This document shows positions 60,584 to 64,000 of a stretch of 64,000 nucleotides of DNA, in pieces. The position numbers were made by a program, and so were the translations under genes. The stretch covers positions 186,001 to 250,000 of the forward strand of contig NIVC01000621.1 in the NCBI GenBank assembly GCA_002269645.1. The letters run 5' to 3'. The first letter of the stretch is position 1; every line of letters starts with the position of its first letter. The stretch comes from Macrostomum lignano. Its lineage: Eukaryota. The notes beneath the pieces are model-generated. The model searched no databases and was not told where the DNA came from. It saw only the letters and a list, made by a program, of their open reading frames with translations.

Positions 60584-63500
60584 TAAATTAATAAACTTTT
60601 TCCACCGATAAAGGTACAGTATTCATTTGTATTGTACTTCACTTCAATTGTAAGCCTTTTGGGCGCGACGTTCGGTCCTTTGTCATATATTTTCAGTAGA
60701 TGCTAGATAGTACTCTACATACTGGGGTCATAGACAAAGTAAATGAATAATAATAGTAATATTACAAGTCTACAAACATAGAAAGTGAAAGGCAAGTGCA
60801 GAAAATGGCGCATGAAAAGCTATATTTTTCAGGTTGCAAGTTCGCATCAGGCGTAGCAACATACGAAAAAGCATTGTGCACTCTACTGCCTCTACACGGT
60901 AACACATCACTTTCAAGTTCGGACTACCGGCTACAGCTACTAATTCAGTAATGGTAAAAGCATAAGATGTAAAAGAGAACAACGAGTACACTCTGTCCAA
61001 TCCAAAAAAATTACGTACACCCATGTTTTGGCAAATGTACATTGAATGATAAATTAATTACTCCAGGCAAACTGAAACGCGTGCGCGACATCAAAGGCCA
61101 GCCGCCAATTGGGTAGTATCGATAATAGTTTGGGCATTAGCAGGCAAATTTCCTTCAGACAGTTGGCCATAAATTTTATGTACACTTATGGACGTGTGAG
61201 CATTGATTTATGGCCCTTACCTCCCAGACGTGCTACTGAGAATTAACTTTCTACTGTATAATAAATACACTGTATTTTAAGCCATGACAGTTCAGCAAGT
61301 TCAGCTTTTGCACCCTCTATCCCACACGACCCAAAGTAGTTATAGTACTAGTACTACTAACTCGTGATCAAAATTGATAAGCCACTCATGTCTTTAAGTC
61401 ATATTGTTAATCAAACTTATCTCGCAAAAACATGAGTTTCTCAAGACTCGCACTCGACAAGCTGCAGCGTTCCTTGCGCTTCAGAAATCCGGCTGCGCTG
61501 AAGGCACACTCAGATGGTACTGAAGTCGCCGGAGCTGAGAGGTAGAGCTTGGCTAGCTCGGCCAGCTCTGGAAGGTTGGCAGAATTTTGGCTCCAGAAGT
61601 CGCTCGTGCTTAGCCTAAAACTCTGCTGCGCCAGGCTACGGTATAGCGAAAGCTGATCTGCTGCCTTGCGCCGGGCTTCTTTCTTCGTGGTGTCTCCCGA
61701 GCACTGGACCTGATTGCATTAAAGTTGCTCTCGCGCGTTGTTATGCCAGACGATTGGCAGAATTTCAAAAACTTTGATCCCTCGTTAACAGCCGAGACAG
61801 TACTGCTACAATCGTCCTCATCTGTCGAAGAAGCGCCCGCACCGGAATTGGAGGTAGCCTCTTGGATGGCACTCCCCTCAGTCTCCTGCTCGATGCTCCA
61901 GGCAACCTCATTCTTAAGGTGATTTTGCACGTCTAGCATGTCGCCCAAGTTAAGGTGGGGAGAAGCAATAATTGTGTTGTCCAAGAATGCGGCGGTCTTG
62001 TAGAATAGAATGTTGAATGTTGTGGACTCAAATGTATACTTATTTAACTGCTCCAGTAGCCGCCTTCGCAGGAATCGATCAGTGTCATTGACATCCTCCG
62101 CAGAGAGAAACTGCCGCAAACCGTAAAGAACAATGTAGGCAATGTTAGCCGTTGGATAATTTTGTCCAGATAGCATCTCTGTGGCGTCTGCGAATTGTCT
62201 CAGAATGGCTAGAAGTGTACCCGCGACCTCTTTCTCCTCCTGGCGAAGAAAAACGCTTCGCAGTTGCTTGATTTCGGCATCGCTGGTCGCGTCCTGGATG
62301 AGCTGGCAAAGTGTTCTGTCCACATCAGGGTAGCGCTGTAGATAGACGCGAAGCATGCTGTAAGTCGAACTCCACCGGGTCTTCACATCCAGCGGTAGCA
62401 AGGTATCTGCTTCTGCGTCCCGACGAAATGCATCTGCAGCCCTGGTGGACCGCCTGAATAACTTTGCTGTCCTGCGGATTTTTGTTATGGCGCTGGCAAT
62501 CTTTTTGGTGCCCTCCGATGAAAGTGGAAGTGTTCTGAATTCTTCTGCCCACTCAGTGCAATCGTCTTCGTCTTCACTTTCATTGCATTCTGTGCTGCTG
62601 TCGCCATTCACACCATCAGCGCTTGAGTCAGTTGCTTCCCAGAGCCCGGAGCCGTGGCACACCACCAGATGCAGAATATGCCCAAGGCAGCTCAGTCGTT
62701 GCATGCGATCGCAGATTTTTCCAGCACGAACAATGTTACTACCCTGGTCCGTGGTGCACTTTCCGAACTTATCGTAGAGCCCATACTTCTGAAGGCACTG
62801 GACAAACGCATGTGCTATAGCTTCGGCTGTGTGGCGCTCGGTGAAGTGAATGAAATCGAGTGTAGTGCTTTCAACTTGGAAGCTTTCATTGGCAAAGTGA
62901 CACGTTATTATCATGTAGGCCATGTTCGTTCTGTCTGTCCATAAGTCAGTTGTAAAGTTGACGACAGTTGGTGCCTCCAGACGAACTTTCAGCATAGCCA
63001 CTTTCTCCTCAAACAGCGAGTCAACTCGGTCAGTAACTTTCTGACGTCTGGGTCCCATATAGCCTGGCAGAATTGCTTGCAAGAACCCTTGCATTCCTTT
63101 CTTGCGGAAGTCACCAAATGAACGGCCATCTTGAATTATGGCTTTAATGGCAGCCTCATCGAGCCTGGACACTAACGCACTTGAAAGTGATGGCTTAACC
63201 TTAGAAGATGAGGCCTGGGAAGTAGGACTCACTGCTACAGGCGCAAAACTACCTGTGATTCTCATTTGCTTTAGTGGCACTGGCACAGTAGATTGTTCTC
63301 GCACAGTACTGCTTCCTTCAGGATCATTGGCAGTAGGCACCTGTGCAGGTGCGGATGTACTTGACCTGCTCTCAGATTCGGAACAGAGAAGCTTATGTTG
63401 GTTTCGTAGGTGATTTAGCAATGCTTTTGTAGATCCATCCTTTTGAAGTTTGAGGTGCGCATTGCACTCCTTACACATAGCATTTTTTTTATCTGCAGAC

Positions 63501-64000
63501 TGTTCAAAATACTTCCAAACTCTGGACTTCATGCTTCAGTGCCACCTGGTTGAATAGCTGGAATGAGAATTGGTTAGGTAGGTAATGGTACAGTGATTGA
63601 AATCAATTGCTAACTGGGTATTTCTGCGTAAGGGGTCTAACCACATTTTTCAACATTAATGTAAATAACGTTTGAAGTATATGGGATTGAGAAAGACTGC
63701 TTACATAATATCATGAAAAATACTAGTGTCACTTCAATGGAGAAGTAATTATCTTTTTGCATCTGTTATAGTAAATGTTTAGCAATAAAATTACATAAAG
63801 GTTGTTACTTTATTCAAAATTTAAATCAGTGCAGTCTTTTTGCTCTTCATGTCCTCATTTCAATAGAAAGCAAAATAAATATTTATGAATTGGAATCATT
63901 AGAATATTTTCTAAAACACAAGAGTGGTTTTATTCCAGTCATAAAAAATACCTTAAAAGTTATTTGCATTCAAAATAAAATAACATGGCTTGACACTTGT
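60394..64000 (-). mobile_element. hAT DNA transposon (Ac/Tip100-like TAGGGGTG end), extending beyond the window
   Basis: Terminus taggggtgttcgggtcgg at 60394 is followed by dense cccgaa(c) subterminal repeats (60420-60550); transposase lies on the minus strand; the other TIR is not in the window. Confidence 0.88.
61417..63532 (-). CDS. hAT transposase (BED finger, DDE/RNase H core, dimerization domain) with one frameshift near 61700-61730
   Basis: SRVWKYF...CKEC...STKALLNHLRNQH; FTTDLWT; CLGHILHL; DVKTRWSSTY. The C-terminal FWSQNS...LPELAELAKLYLSAPATSVPSECAFS...ERCSLS is in another frame and ends with TAA at 61417-19. Confidence 0.88.

Noticed and set aside
61690-61740. Intron or programmed frameshift explaining the hAT frame change
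   Set aside because: No suitable donor for a realistic intron and no clear slippery heptamer; a simple indel or sequencing error is more parsimonious.
61725-63413. Plus-strand ORFs opposite the hAT transposase
   Set aside because: Shadow ORFs with no motifs.

Overview
Eukaryotic (animal) genomic DNA. GC-rich GT-AG exons, AT-rich intergenic DNA and introns packed with 17-32 bp minisatellites suggest a Macrostomum-type flatworm; this taxonomic assignment is inference. I assembled the following genes by hand from splice sites: the last exon of a tankyrase-like PARP (+), a divergent Rac-like GTPase (-, 3 exons), VTI1 SNARE (-, 3 exons), two tandem Lifeguard/TMBIM paralogs (+; one intronless, one with introns and no visible start codon), a KANSL2/INO80D-family gene (+, 4 exons), GOLGA7/ERF4 (+, 2 exons) and USP40 (+, 8 exons). 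The last USP40 exon runs into a hAT transposon. Mobile DNA includes a mariner relic, several TIR/foldback MITEs, a tRNA-derived SINE family, a near-intact RTE-type LINE with an HDV-like ribozyme core at its 5' end, an intron-containing Crypton tyrosine-recombinase relic, a DD37E Tc1-like element and a near-intact hAT. The strongest unexplained pattern is that all 13 resolved introns of 375 bp or more carry a tandem array, while the ~16 kb gene-free stretch (15.6-31.5 kb) has no comparable array. There is no CRISPR, rRNA or intact tRNA gene. Exon coordinates are manual predictions, and no database search was run.
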